Shown piece by piece: positions 24,473 through 38,220 of a DNA stretch of 62,504 bases. The stretch lies in assembly GCA_024137785.1 (NCBI GenBank), contig JAHRHZ010000065.1, positions 19,765,350 to 19,827,853 on the forward strand, given 5' to 3'. Every line of letters begins with the position of its first letter. Positions within the stretch are counted from its first letter, which is position 1. Made by a program: the position numbers and the translations under genes. This DNA is from Ginglymostoma cirratum (lineage: Eukaryota). Under the pieces are notes generated by a model. The model saw nothing but the letters and a program-made list of their open reading frames with translations, did not search any database and was not told the DNA's origin.

Positions 24473-26756
24473 GTAAGTATGGAATAATCTGATTACAGAA
24501 AAAATGCTCGAATAAAATTAATAACCACATGTAAAATAAAATGTGCATGTTTATTAAAAGTATTAAACATTTCAACCAATTATATTTATATTGTTATTGA
24601 ATTGGGTGTACATTCTTCCTGAAATTGTAAGAGGGTTCCAACATAGAAAGATGCCCACTGGGCTTATGCCAGCTCTTAGAACTGCTTATTATTCATCCAT
24701 GGTCTTTTCATGTAGGTGCAAAGAATTTTTGAAACTCAAGTTTTCTCAGTATTTTGGAGAGTCTTGTTTTCGAGCTAAAATGAATGCATTTTCTCAATGC
24801 ATAAATGCAGCCATGTAACCACAGTACTCGGTACAAAGTTAATTGTGACCATTCTGTATCCAATCAGGAAAATTTAGTTCAAAATTATCTTTAGCATTTG
24901 TTATACAATCCTTGGAAGAATCATGTTTTTCCCCCATTGAGGTCAATATTCTCTTTTTCTCTGTGCAGGTTTTGTACTCAAAGGCAATTAGCTAAGTCAG
25001 GGAACAAATTAGAAATGTTTGGAGTTACTAATCGTGGGAACCCCAAGGCAATAAGATATTATTTGTGTCTGTATATGACCATTTGTTATCTAGAGTATCA
25101 CTCACATGATACTCCTCTCTGTGCAAAATTGCTATTTGAGAATAACCTGCTATGGTTGTTTTCTAAGTTTACTGAGGATGTATGCTCACTCAAGCAAGGT
25201 ACTTTGGAAGATCCTGGTGGCATTGAAATATTTTGCCTACAGGAATCAACACATTTTTTCAAAAAATCTATTAAATTATTCTAGAGAGTAGCTCCACAGG
25301 TACTGCGTATTGCCACATTGCCACTTTCAAAAATAAGTTCAGAAACAGAACGTTCAGCTGATCTGCAGAATACATTACAAGTGAAAGCAACACATTACAT
25401 TTGATACTGTCCAAGATCACGGGATTGTTTTGTTATTGCTGGACATATATTGGTAAGGCTTCCAATTCATTAACAGAGATTAAAGTTGCCACAGAATGTA
25501 TCTGGAAAGAAATTTAGAGACTTGCAGTAATATAAATTTCTAAACACTTGTATGCTCTCCTGATATTTCACTGACAGTACTGCTATATTGAATATGTTTT
25601 AATTTAACAGTTTCAGAATGCTAATTCTGCTAATTAGGACAAGTACACAGGATGTAAAATCGGTGCATTGTTCATCAGTTAACACTAGACTTTGAACCAT
25701 GGGACCCAAGTTTAAAATCCAATCAAATCAATTACAATCAGAAACTGTTCATTAGATTATGTGAGGGTATGTTCTTAGGAGGAAAGTTGGTGAGGATGAA
25801 TTATTTCTCATACTGAAACAAATTCTCTAGTGTATTAACTAAAAAGGTAACATTAAAAATATTCACACCAACGTTCTTATCTAGAATAGCTAACTTATGA
25901 AGAAAATGTGGATGTTAATGGTGTGAAACTTAGCAAGGGGAAGAAGCAAAGGGAAAAGTGTTGAAGCATTATGAGAAGCCTTTAACCAGGATGAAAAATC
26001 AAAGCTCGGAATAGGACAGCAGCAAGTGAATTATGATAGTTGTTCACACAAGTTAAGCAGTGGAATGTATCATTGAGTTTATGACATTCAATTTACAGCA
26101 AAAGTTAAAGAAAGTTGTTGACCAAATTGCAGTGTGGAGCTCTTTGAATGATTAGTTAAACATAGCTTGTCATGATTATATTTAACTACCATTTTTCTAG
26201 CAGGTAAAGCTAGTGATTATTTTATATTTTTCACTCAGCTAATTACCACATGACTTGCTTCTATAATTATCGCTAGCATCCAGAAGATAAATTGAGATAT
26301 AGATTTTAGCGGAAATGTACATTGACATAATTTTGTAAGAGATCTATTAAGTTGGGAGGAATGTAGTGTAAGTTGTATTAAACCAACTCCACAACTGTAA
26401 AACTAAATTAGAATGAGAGTGAATCTTAGCTCCATGTATTCAATGTGTTTTTCAGTGGAGGTCAAACAATTTTTTTTATATGTTAACCAATGCAAAATTC
26501 ATGATGTGATGTGTGAGACTTGATCACTGCTTGATGTGACAACATTTGTTTCCTAGACCCAAATACAAGGAAAGTTTTTTGATTTGATCCAATTTTCTGC
26601 CTGGCTCACTGTGAACATTGAACATAGTCCTGGGTGACAAGTTAACAGGTCCTAATTGCATGCAGCAACATAAGTGTCTTTTTTGCCATTGCATTTTTAT
26701 ACTTCAATTTGTGCTTGTGAAGTAACAAGAAACATCTTGTAGGTAGACCTATTAAG

Positions 26757-27185
26757 TATCAGTGGTAGTTTGATAACATCACTGATTAGTCAGAAGGCTG
26801 TGAGTTCAAATCCAACTCCAGTAACTTGAAAACAAAATACCAGATGATACTCTCATTAGGTATTGCTGTCCTGTCAAAGATGTTGCCTTTCAGAGGATCG
26901 ATGATCGTGTGAACTGGAGCACCATCTGCCTGCTAAGGTGGATGTAAAGGGTTCCATGATATTATTCTAAAGAACAGCAATGGACTTCTCCCCAGTGTCA
27001 GGGATGATTTTTAACTACCATCTACATTGAGAAAATAAATTACATAGATTATTGCTATCTACAAACTACTTGTTACTTGTCCTGTGCTATTGCAATGATA
27101 GACTTCAATTATACTTAATTAACTGTGGAACTGTTTAAGATGTCCTGAGGTCAAAAAGGGGTTAAGGAAATACAAGTTTAATTTA
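26757..27185 (+). mobile_element. DeuSINE-like element (related antisense copy about 8440-8800)
   Basis: tRNA-like head (gagttcaaatcc), Deu-domain-like middle (gctgtcctgtcaaagatgttgcctttcag..atctgcc..aggtggatgtaaa), L2-like tail. Confidence 0.6.
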
Positions 27186-27344
27186 TTTATATGAAGATAT
27201 GATGGGTAAATTTCCTTGTCAATTTTGATATGTAGGAATTAAGCAGGTCTTTTTATAACTGAGGAAATTTGGGTGAAAGCAATTTTCACTACTTTGTACT
27301 TTTAATTTGCATCCCTGGAATTTCCACATGTTTATTTGAGTCTT

Positions 27345-28580
27345 ACAGACTTAGAGACATTTATAGCACAGAAGGAGGTTTCTTGGCCCGTTATGTCTGC
27401 CAGTCAACACTAAACTGACTACATTAATCCCATCATCCAACTCTTAGCCCATAACTCCAAAGGCAATGGTAACACAAGTGAATAACTAAGTACTGCTTCA
27501 ATATTACAAGAATTACTGGCTCAACCACCCTTCCAGGCAGTATGTTCTAGACTCCCACCACCTTCAGGATGATAAGAATCGCTCCTCAGCTCTCCTCTTA
27601 GCTTTCTACCTCTTGTCTTAAATTATCACCCCTAGTTAGTGACCCCTCTAATGATGGATAGAAGATACCTTCTTATCCACCCCCTCTATATCCCTTGTAA
27701 TCCTATATATCTCTATTAGGTTCCTCTTCAACCATCACTGCTCAAAGGAAAATAACCCCAGTTTGGCCAATCCTTCCCTATAGCTTAGACCCTCCAGCCC
27801 AGAGAGCATCATAGTAAATCTCATCTGCACCCTCTTGAGTGCAATCACACCCTTCCTATAATTTGGTGTCTGAAAATGCAATAATCCAGTTGTGATATAA
27901 CCAGAATTTAATATAATTCCAGTTTAAACTCCCTATTCTTGTATTTAATGTCTCAGCTAATCAAGACAAATATCCTAAATACCCTCTTAACCACCCTGCC
28001 CACCTGGCTTACCTGCATTCAGGGATCTGTGAGTCTACAGTCCAAGGTCCCACAGGTCTTCAATACTTTCTAGGTGCTTTCCATTCATAGTGTAATCACT
28101 TACCTTGTTACCTCCCCAGCTCATTCATGTTTTTTTGGATGAATTCCACGTACCAACGTTCTGCCCATCTAATTAGTCCATTAACATTATCCTGCAGTTT
28201 ATGGATATCCTCCTGACTATTTACCGTCCTATCAATTTTCATGTCATCTACGAATTTCTTAATCATATCTCCTACACTTAAATACAAATCATTAATGTAC
28301 ACCATTAGGGCCCCAGTACAGGCTGTGTGGAACTCTACATGGAAACAGATTTCCAGGCTCAAAAACATTTATCTATTATCACATTTTACTTCCATTCTCT
28401 CAGCCAATTTGGATCCATTGTGTCACTTTGCTGTGGATGCCGTGAGCTCTATTCTACCAGGAAGGACCTTATCAAAAGCCTAGTTAAAGTCCATGTAGAC
28501 CATATCAGTGCATTGCCTTCATCAACACTCCTGTTATCCTTCTTTAAAAATTGGATCAGATTTGTTAAACATGACCTTCC
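27345..28580 (-). mobile_element. CR1 LINE fragment
   Basis: VYINDL..KFVDDMKI..LQDNVNGLIRWAERW on the minus strand; CR1-type tail. Confidence 0.85.
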
Positions 28581-28744
28581 CAATCCCTTCACAAATTCCA
28601 AGATACAGCTTCACTAATGGACCAATTTGCTTGTGTCAGAGTGGTGACCAGTACAGTGGCAGTTCCCACTTTCTTGGCCTTACTTTGCTGGGTAGCTGAG
28701 ACTGAGATGTACAAGATACATCAGCTGGCAGAATGATCTGAGGA

Positions 28745-29815
28745 ACAAATCAAGTTAGATTTATATAGCACCTTAAACAGAATAAAACTTCACAATTTCT
28801 TGCTGGAAGAGTTTGTTTTTAAGGAATGTCTTAAGGAGGAAAGTGAGGTAGAAGATGAAGAGATTGAAGAAGGGAATTCTAGACAGTAGGGCCAAGCTGA
28901 ATGAAAGTACAACCACCACTGTTAGGGTAATTGAAATTGAGGAAGAGGGCAGAATTAGATGAGAATAGGTACCTTTGGCAGGTTGAGGGACTGGATTTAA
29001 TTACAAAGATAGAGAAGGGGGAGACGTCAAAAGGATTTGAAAACAAGGATGAGAATTTCAAATCAAAATATTGCTTGGCTGAAAGCCAGTGTAGGCTAGG
29101 AAGTGTAGGGGTGATAAGTAAATGGGACTTGGTGTGAGTTAAGTGAAAGCCAATTTTACAATTTTGAATGTCTTCAAGCTTACAGATAGCAGAGTGTGGA
29201 ATAATCATTTGCAGGAGCAATAAAAGAAAGAATGGGAGTTTTACCAATAGATAAACCCTTAATAGGGTGAAGTTACGCTTCATTTCAGAGGTGGAAATGT
29301 ATGGTCAAAAACAGATTTTGTAGACGAACATGATACCAAAATCGTGAATAGACTGATTTAATCTCAGACTCTTACTAGTAAGAGAGATGGGGTCATTAAC
29401 TAGGGACCAGAGTTTGGAGCAGGGGCCAAAAGCTAATGGTTTCAGTCTTTACCATATTTAACTGAAGTGGAACGTGTGCATGTAAAAAGTAAGAAAAGCA
29501 AACATTGTGGATGCTGAAAATTTGAAACAGAAGCAGAGAATGCTGGAGAAACTCATTAGGTCTGGGAGCATCTGCAGAGAATGTTTTGAGTTTATGACTG
29601 TTTTTCAGAACTTTTTTGAAAAAGAGTCATGCTGGACTTGAAATGTTAACTCTTGCAGATGCTGTCAGACCTGCTGAGTTTCTGCACCATTTCGGTGGTT
29701 GATTGTGAAAAATAATGCTTTGTTTTTGGATGATGTTGCTGAACCAAGCATTTAGGTGAGAAACAGGTAGTGATCAAGGATAGATCCTTGGGGGACACAA
29801 GAGGTAACTGTGCAG
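28745..29815 (-). mobile_element. L2-clade LINE 3' fragment interrupted by a PLE hairpin (related copy about 55070-55440, plus)
   Basis: ITPTLPSLHWLSAKQYFDLKF matches the L2 ORF2 C-terminal HITP..LHWLP..RI.FK motif. Confidence 0.75.
29494..29700. repeat. Older fold-back PLE family B insertion
   Basis: gaaactcattaggtctgggagcatctgca / tgcagatgctgtcagacctgctgagtttc. Confidence 0.75.
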
Positions 29816-32800
29816 GGCATCAGGATGAAGTGAGGATTTCTTGAGTTTCAACAGCCTGAAGCCTTCTCAGAGAGATTGCTGAGACATAGAACTGCATTTC
29901 AAACCTGTTTTAAGAATGTTTCCACATAGTTCTGATCTTGATTCTGACCGATTTTCTAATGTATTTCCATGGGCATACCATGGTATGGTGTTAGCATTGA
30001 GGAGAAAAGGAACAATACAGAACAAACGGAAGGAGAGTCTTACACTGTTTAAGGCAGATGCCATTCCCCCATACTCTCTAAAGTGAATAAGCTGGCAGAA
30101 TAGTTCATATTCCTTCCTTTCTCAGGAGCTCTACAAAGAAGCGCGCCATGCTTCGCATACAGAAAGTTACCATGATGTTTTCATCATTCAGCATTTAAAC
30201 CTTTACAACTTCTCCAGGGATGAGAATCAGATCCATTGATGGTTTCTACATGATAAAGCAGACCTCCAGCTCCTCTAACAGGTGCCTTAATGAGGCTGTC
30301 CCATCGAGAGTATGACATGCAGCACATGGCTGATGAATTTGTCAGGGTAGTGAAAGTTGCCTGGGTAGGTTTGATGGTGGGAACAGCAGAATGCTGCAGA
30401 TCAGGTGACCAGGATATAGGTAATCTGCCATGTGCTTCACAACCAAGTCATACTGGAAACACTGATATGCAAAATGGCTGAGAAGGCAGGCATGGCTCTA
30501 GTCAATCCAGGATATCAGAATGCAGCCTATTTTGAGGAACCCTTGCTGACTGTACCATGGAGCACCAAATGTGCACAGAGTTTTGTCTTCATTATAACTT
30601 GGTTTTCCTTGCCCCAACCTGCAAATAAAGAGATAGTCACCCAATTAACTATCTGTCCTAATACATGGCAATATAGCAATTGTTTTTGACCTGTTGTGCC
30701 TGTATCGGCAATGACCATCTGAATGACTGATCAGCATCAAATGAGTGCAACAGCTCCTGTATGACAATATCTTTCATGAATAATAATCCATTTCAGTGTA
30801 CTACCTGTTTAAATACAATAATTGAAAAGTGCAACAATTACCCAATTCTTACCTGACCCTGTTTCCCAAAGCATCTACACATGACTTACTGTCATATGTT
30901 ATGTTACTCCTCCTAAATGACATCGGAGGGTCAGGATCACAGGAAGTATTTGACTGGTCATGCTGTATGGAAGGGCATAGAGCAAAGAGATGCTTCATCT
31001 GCATGTAGACAATATCTCTAGGCTGGGTCTCCTGAATAGCTGGTTTTGTCTTCCATGTTTCACTAGCATATTGTACTGAAGGGTAATGCCAGATTCATGG
31101 CATGTCTCGTTGCCCTGAGGCATGACAATACCCAAGGCAGAGGACACTAGCAATAAGTATTCCTTTAGGCCCTAGTTAACTTCCTGCCAATTTCAGTGGT
31201 ATGACTAGTATAATGGCTGTCAGGTTCTGAAAACCCCAAGATGCGCTATGATCAGCAAGTCAAAAGGCAACCCTGCATTTTAATCTCTTTATTCTTACCT
31301 AAAAAGATGTAGTCCATGCTTCTGTGGAAATGAGAGCACTAACTGGTTACAGGCCACTCCTTGCATGACAGCTGCTGTAGATGCAATTCAATCTGCTCCA
31401 TCAGTACCTGGAAGGAAGGGAAAAATTTTGGTGCGATGGATGTCTTTAAACTTGAAATGTTCGACCCATCAGTTGGAAGTTAATCTTGGAGCTTGTCTGT
31501 AGGTATAATGTACCTAAGACATCTTTATTCACTGAATTTTGGGGCCCTTAGTGCATTGAACACTGGGGAGGGATGACATGATTGCAGTTGGTGGGTTGAC
31601 CCCATCATTCTCTTTCTCGTCATCATAATAAGTGAGCAACACCTCCCCCAACCCTGACCCTACCCATTATCATCTTCCATTCACTGCATTTCTGTATGAT
31701 TACAGTGAATCTGCAGCAAAGGAACGGTAGAAGGCAAGAATTATTGAACATTATCTCCTAAAGATCTGGGAAGCAGAGAGTGGGGTAAAGTATAGAAGAA
31801 TTTTGAAGTGACAATATGAATGCCTAGTCAGTAATCTGGCATGAGAAAGATGCTGCCAAACTTGCGTCTGTCATAACTGTTGGGAAGTGAGCCTCACTCG
31901 AAAGGTTGTAAAGATTTAAAGGGGCGGGGTATTCTCCCTCTTTTCACCTCTCTTTGGTGGGTATTGGGCACCAACACATCCTGCAGGAACTTGAGTGAAT
32001 GAAGGCAAGGCCAGACGTTGAAGATGAGAGGACCATTACTATTCGTGGTATGTGGATATCTTTAACAAGGCCATTATCCGTTGCCTGTAACTAATTATCC
32101 TTCAAAAGAAAGTGCTGAATCAAGTGTTTTGGTACACCCACAGTGCTGTTAGTGAACAAAGTTCAGTATTTTGACCTATTAGTGATGGGAAAATACTGAT
32201 AAATTTCCTTCAGAAGTAACATCTGGCTTGAAGGGCAACTCGAAGATGCTGGTGTGTCCATGCGTTTCTCCCTTGCTTTTCTTGGTGGTGGGAGTCATGG
32301 TTTTGGAAGATGCTATTGACGAAGCTTTTATGAATAGCTGCAGAGCATCTTACACAAACTTTCATCACTGCGTAGTAAGTGGTGGAGGGAGTAAATGTAT
32401 AAATTGGTGAATAAGGTACACTGGAGTGTTTTATCCTGGATGGTGTTGAGTTTTTAAAGTGTTATTGGAGCTGTAGTCCTTCAGACGAGTGACGAATAAT
32501 ACGTGAGAAGTTGCTGTGAAGGTCGCTGGATTGCCATAGTAAGCCACTGGAAGAGCTCCGTTCTTCACCAGCGTGCAGTGTGAAAGGTTAGTTGTGGAAA
32601 TGCTGCTTTAACATTTAAAGAGTATTCAGTGTGGCATAGGAAGAAAATGAAAGTTTGTTAGCTTGCCAGCATTGGTGAGGTTGCAGAATGTTTTGCAGCT
32701 TTAGTACGCAGTTCTGTGTGACATCACTGCAGAAAAGACAAGTTTCATTTTTGGCTGGCTTGGTTGTTCGCATACAAAGAATTTTGTACTTTCTGACTTT

Positions 32801-33221
32801 AAATTCTTTGAGGAGCGGCTTGGAGATTGAATTAGTGAAGTTTGGCTTTTTCCTCATTGTTGTGGTGCCACGTTTTGTTGCCTTCAGGGCCCAGATGGAA
32901 GCTGTGTAAGCAGAACATAAGTGAATCATGAACGATGTGTTTGTAGTAGTCTGTTGGAACAAGAATAATGCTTGTTCATGGCAAAAGCCTGCAAGTGAAA
33001 ACCATTGAACTGCAGATTCCACACAGTTCTGGCCAACCAGGAAAATACCTCAACTCTCACTGCTTGCCATTGGTTTTTCAGGAGGATTCACAGATTGGTA
33101 ATCACCCTGTTTGGCCATACAATGAGGTACCTTTTGTAGCCATCAAATCTTGATGTGGAACCAGAGCCTTGAGCTTATGGCACAGAGTTTGGGTTACTAC
33201 CTGCTCCATAAGACCTCCTCA

Positions 33222-34570
33222 TAAGACCATCAGACCATAGGAGCAGAAATAGGCCATTCAGCCCATAGAGTCTGCTCTGCCATTCAATTAGATCATGGCT
33301 GATCTGATGATCCTCAACTCCACTTGCCTGCCTTTTCTCCATGGTCCTTGATTCCTTTACCCATCAAAAATGTGTCCATCTCAGCCTTAAATATAATTGA
33401 TGTCACAGCCTCAACAGCCCTCTGCAGCAAATAATTCCACAGATTCACTACCCTCTGAGAGAAGAAATTGTTTCTCATCTCTGTCTTAAATATGATGTGG
33501 AGGTGCTGGTGATGGACTTGGGTGGACAACGTCAGAAATCACACGACAGCAGGTTATACTCCAACAGGTTTTTTATGAAATCATGAGCTTTCGGAGCGCT
33601 GCTGCTTTGTCAGGCGAAGGAAACACCTGTCAAAGGAGCAGTGCTGCAAAAGGACTCCAACTAGGACTCCCAAACCCCTGTGTTTGTAGCTTTTTGCAGC
33701 TTTTCTCCAATTAACTAATATTCAACTCCTCAATTTTTCCTGCTGAAGTGCATAACCTCACACTTCCCCACATCATATTCCCGATGCCAGGTTTATGCCC
33801 ACTTGCTTCACCTGTATATATCCATTTGCAGACTCTTCCTGCATTCTCACCTATTTTTGTGTCATCCACAAAAGTTGGCTTACAGTAAATTCCCTTTTCT
33901 CATCCAAATCATTAATGTACATTATAACTAATTGTAACCCCAGCACTGATCCTTTTGGCATGCCACTAGTCACAGATTGCCATCCTGAAAATGACCCCCT
34001 TAATCCCAACTTTCTGTCTTCGATAAGATAGCCGATCCATGCTAGTGTGTTATGGGCTGTTATCCTATTAATTAGCCCAAGTGTGATACCTTATCAAATG
34101 CTTTCTGAAAATCCAAGTATGTTACATCTTTTGCTTCCCTTTTGCTTGTCTTGCTTGTTATCTCCTGAGAGATTTCTAGTAAATTTGTCACACATGATTT
34201 CTCCTTCATGAAGCCACGCTGAATCTGCTTGATCATATTATGGATTTCTAAATACTTTGCTATCACTTCCTTTGTAATATAACTTAATATTTTCCTAAAA
34301 ACAGATGTTAAGTCTTTGGCTTATACTTTCCTGTTTTTTTGTCTCATTCCCTTTTATAAATAAAGGTGTTACATTGACAGCTTTCCACTCCTCAGGGACT
34401 TTGCTAGAATCTCAGATTCCTGAAAGATTACTACCAGTTCATTAACTGACTGTAACTATTTCTGGTAATATCCTAGGATACATCCGACTGGGTCCAAGGG
34501 ATCTATTGGTCTACCCCACCATTAGTTTCCCCAGCATTTTATCACTAGTGATAGGAATTGTATTTATTTC
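33222..34570 (-). mobile_element. CR1 LINE fragments with a PLE insertion at about 33493-33652
   Basis: RNNFFSQRVVNLWN; GFMKEKSCVTNLLE..YLDFQKAFDKV. Confidence 0.85.
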
Positions 34571-35604
34571 CTCTCCTCCTACCTATTTACTTTCCAATAA
34601 ACTGATGGAGAAAGTAGGTGGACCGTAATTGATTTTAAGATCTACATGGGCTTTTCCAAGTAATTCAGCTGCTTTAGACTGGGTTTGCACCCATACCTTA
34701 CTGATGGGAATGAGTAGTACCAGGAAACGATATATAAACTCCACGAGAGGCCATTAACCCATGGAATATTTTTAATGGAGCAACAGCTGTTTAATTCATT
34801 TCAAGGAGATACTCGGCCATGTTTTTGGCAGCTGCATTTCAAGCTGCTCTGATGGAGAGATTTATTAATAACAAATGGCATGTCTGGAAGGATGAACAGA
34901 GGACGTGGGACACATATCAGAAAAAGTTACTGGAAGAGAGGAGGAAGGTGAGATGAGTTTTCAGTAAGGGGCCACATCCTTTTAGGGTATTTAGGGAACA
35001 ATTCCCCCACCTAAGCCTCTGTGAGGAATAGTATGGGTGACACTTTCCTTTCACTGGGAATGTCTTCACTGTCGTGTGCCACTTTTTGCAGCCACAACTG
35101 CAACTTCAGGGTAAGGTAATGATGAGATTGCTAGTTTGTGTAAATGTGAGCATAAGCATTAATCCTTACACTATTCACTCCACCCATGTTGAACCCAGAG
35201 AAACTTGCACTATCTTACAGCTTGCTGCCTGCTCTTGTGTAAGGAAGGTGGCTGATGTTCTTGCTTTAAAGAGAGTTGATGACTTCTAAATCTGTTTTGC
35301 CAAAGAGTGGCAGATTAAACAGCCAGCTTCATGAGAATTGAAGGCTTTCCAATGGTGCAAGGTACCATCGAGTATATGCAACTTATTTGCAGGCATCTCT
35401 GAGATGTACCAGTTCTGAAAGAGCCTCCGTTGCGTTCCTGGTATTAGAGCCCAGGTAGCAATATGGTGTATATTGGCACAGTTGTGATGCATTTATACTG
35501 TGGCAGTCTGCATTTGAGGTGTCATAACAAACAAAAGGCTGAATAATGGACAATAAATGCTGACTGCATGGCTAATAACTCCAGTTCATGCAGAAGCTAC
35601 CATA

Positions 35605-35912
35605 TAGAATCCCTACAGTGAGGAGCCAGGCCTTTTGAATCTGCACTGGCCTCCAAAGACCATCTGACCCACATGTTTCCCATGGCTAATCCACCTTGCC
35701 TGCACCATCCCTGGACACTATGGGCAATCCATGTTACCTGCATGTCTTTGGACTGCAGGAGGAAACCAGAGCACTCAGAAGAATCCCATGCAGAGACAGG
35801 GACAGGGACAACGTGCAAACTCCACACAGACAGTCACCCAAGGGTGGAATCGAACCTGGGTCCCTGGTGCTGTGAGGCAGCAGTGCTAGCCACTGAGCCA
35901 CTGTGCCACCCC
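35605..35912 (-). mobile_element. tRNA-derived V-SINE (HE1-like)
   Basis: Reverse complement of the same family, with intact A and B boxes. Confidence 0.85.
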
Positions 35913-36993
35913 AGCCACTATGTAGCCCATATAAAATGTGACAGAGCAGATCAGAGGGATTCTGGACCAATGCTCCCACTACATGGAAGGTGCCCCACAG
36001 CACTTAACACTGCAGCTGTCAACCCTCATGCTGGCTTGCTGTATAACTTCACCATTGTGTGGGTATATCTCTAGCCACCAGTTCTCTGTGAACAACTGAG
36101 GAAGAGGAAGAGAGATGGTGACCTAGCCCCTTTGTGGCTTAGCTGTCTGTGAACAAATTGACCTGCATTGATACCAGCAAGCAGAATCGCAATTTCCCAG
36201 TCACAGACAAAGCTGCAGGTTACTTTCTGTTTGTTGCTGACTATCAGAGTGCCTGCCTGGTCACTATGCAAAATTAAAAACCATCACAAAATAGTCCTTC
36301 CAAATCCAAAGCATACATCAAATCAAATCATGCCATGTTACATACAAGTGCCAACTCATCATCCTTTCGCATTTCCATACTGTTGGTTGTCCTTGTGCCT
36401 TTGTCTGACATAGAGCCACCCCAGCAATGCGGCATGGTTTTGCAAAGCTGCTGACCTTCAACACAGGAGATTATGGTTGACCTTGGATGATGATCTTGAG
36501 CAGCTTGGCTACAGAATGCCTGACTTTGGACTGCTCAATTCTAGTGTGGCTGGTAGGCCGATGAGCATCAGCAGGCACACGAACAATGTTGCATTGGTAG
36601 GAGGCAAATTGTATTTTCCTGAGAGAAAATGGTGGGTTCATGCTCACAGTACCTCTGTCACCCTGCTAGATGTCTGCGCTTTCCTCCTCCTCCATTTGGT
36701 GAACAGATTGCTAGTTGGCTGGGGCACTTTGTAAGCCTTTTTGAACACTGGCATTTGCAGCTCAGTTGGCAGCAGCCTACAATTGCATGATACAGTTTGA
36801 GCTTTCACTGCAGGATCCAAATAAATGCTGGGTGACTTCTGTTTGTTGGATGCCGAAGGCTATGTCCTCAGACACTTCCTGCTAGAGAGGATGAGCTCCA
36901 AGCTCTGAATAAAGTTTTGTGGAATGTTGGTGCCAGATTCTATCCTGTACCTTGTACAAGCTTTATACCAAGTCAGCCAATGCACTAAGTCAT

Positions 36994-37032
36994 GAGTTCT
37001 GAGGAAGGGTCACTGGACCTGAAACGTTAACT
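36994..37032 (+). ncRNA. Minimal type-I hammerhead ribozyme motif (family B)
   Basis: agtt-CTGAGGA-a-gggtc actg gacct-GAAAC-GTT-aact; 4-bp stem I. The insert is flanked by tgcactaagt / tgcaccaagt. Confidence 0.68.
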
Positions 37033-37624
37033 GTTTTCTCCTTCACAGATGCTGCCAGACTTGCTGAGCTTTTCCAGCAACTTTGTTTTTGCACCAAGTA
37101 CTTTACTGTACATGCCAACAGCTCCTTATATCAGCGTCTGAACTGGTAGCTGAGTTTGAGATTGAGCAGTGGTGTTTATCACCCACTGTCATCATGTTCT
37201 TCCACTTGTTTCTCCCACAATACTACCTGGCCATTTTCAATTCTTTGTGATCTGAAAGGATAAAGGTAAAAGCTTAAGGTGGTGATGAAGTGAGGTGATG
37301 GGAGTGAAAGGTATATGCTTACTATGTCTGTAGCATCCAAATTAGCAAAGATTGTGAAATGGAAATGAGATATAAGAAAGAGGGATTAGATATCTGAATA
37401 CCCCAGTCTTTCTTTTGTTTCGGCTCAACAACTGGCCAGATTCTCAGTAGTGTTAAGCTCCCTGATGGTGAGTACATCTCCTCCACGGGGATGAGGAAAT
37501 GAGTCTGTTCCTGCCAGTCAGCACTCAGTGCCTCCAGTTAAGAGAGAAATATTAGTACTGAGTATGGTGTCATTTATTTGGCTGGTACAGTTGACATCAC
37601 TGAATAATTAACGCTTTCTTCTTA

Positions 37625-38220
37625 CATTACTTAGTCAGTCCCACGAGAGTGAAGATGATTTTCTTCTACTCTGGAGTTGTTGGTCCTGAGGAACGAAGTA
37701 ATCCAGTGCTAGATTCGTACATCCTGCTGCAGGTGGTATGTGCAAAGACCTGAGAGAGGACCCTGTTATTGGAATACCTGTCCTGCCAAGAATTTGCAGG
37801 ATCTTGCAGAGGCAACTCTGTTGATATTTGTCTGGGGATTGAGATGTCTGCTGTACATTGTTCATATCTCCACTGCAGGGCAGGTAGTGCTGCTGCCATG
37901 TAAAACGAGAGCTTGGGGCTGGATTTGAGGCCTTTGTCATCAGACATTCTGATCCTTAGATGGCCATATGATGCACTAGCCATTGGAGGTGGTATTGAAC
38001 TTCATCATCAATGTCTGCCTTCATTGTGAAGAGGCTCCCAAAGTATGCGAATTGATTGGTGTTGTAGGAGGCATAGGCCTCTAGGAATACTTCACTCATG
38101 ATCTTGACCTCTGAATGTGCATACATGCAAACTTCATCTGCACACTGCAGCTGAATAACTGAGTTTGGCATGTTATTGCTTCTGAACTGGATGCAAGCCT
38201 GGTTGAACAGTTGCTTGCAT
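37625..38220 (-). mobile_element. RTE-clade LINE fragment
   Basis: IQLQCADE (degenerate LQYADD), FAYFGS, KLSFY.AA.LPAL and YQQSCLCKILQI..WQDR..N..VL motifs across frameshifts. Confidence 0.75.
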
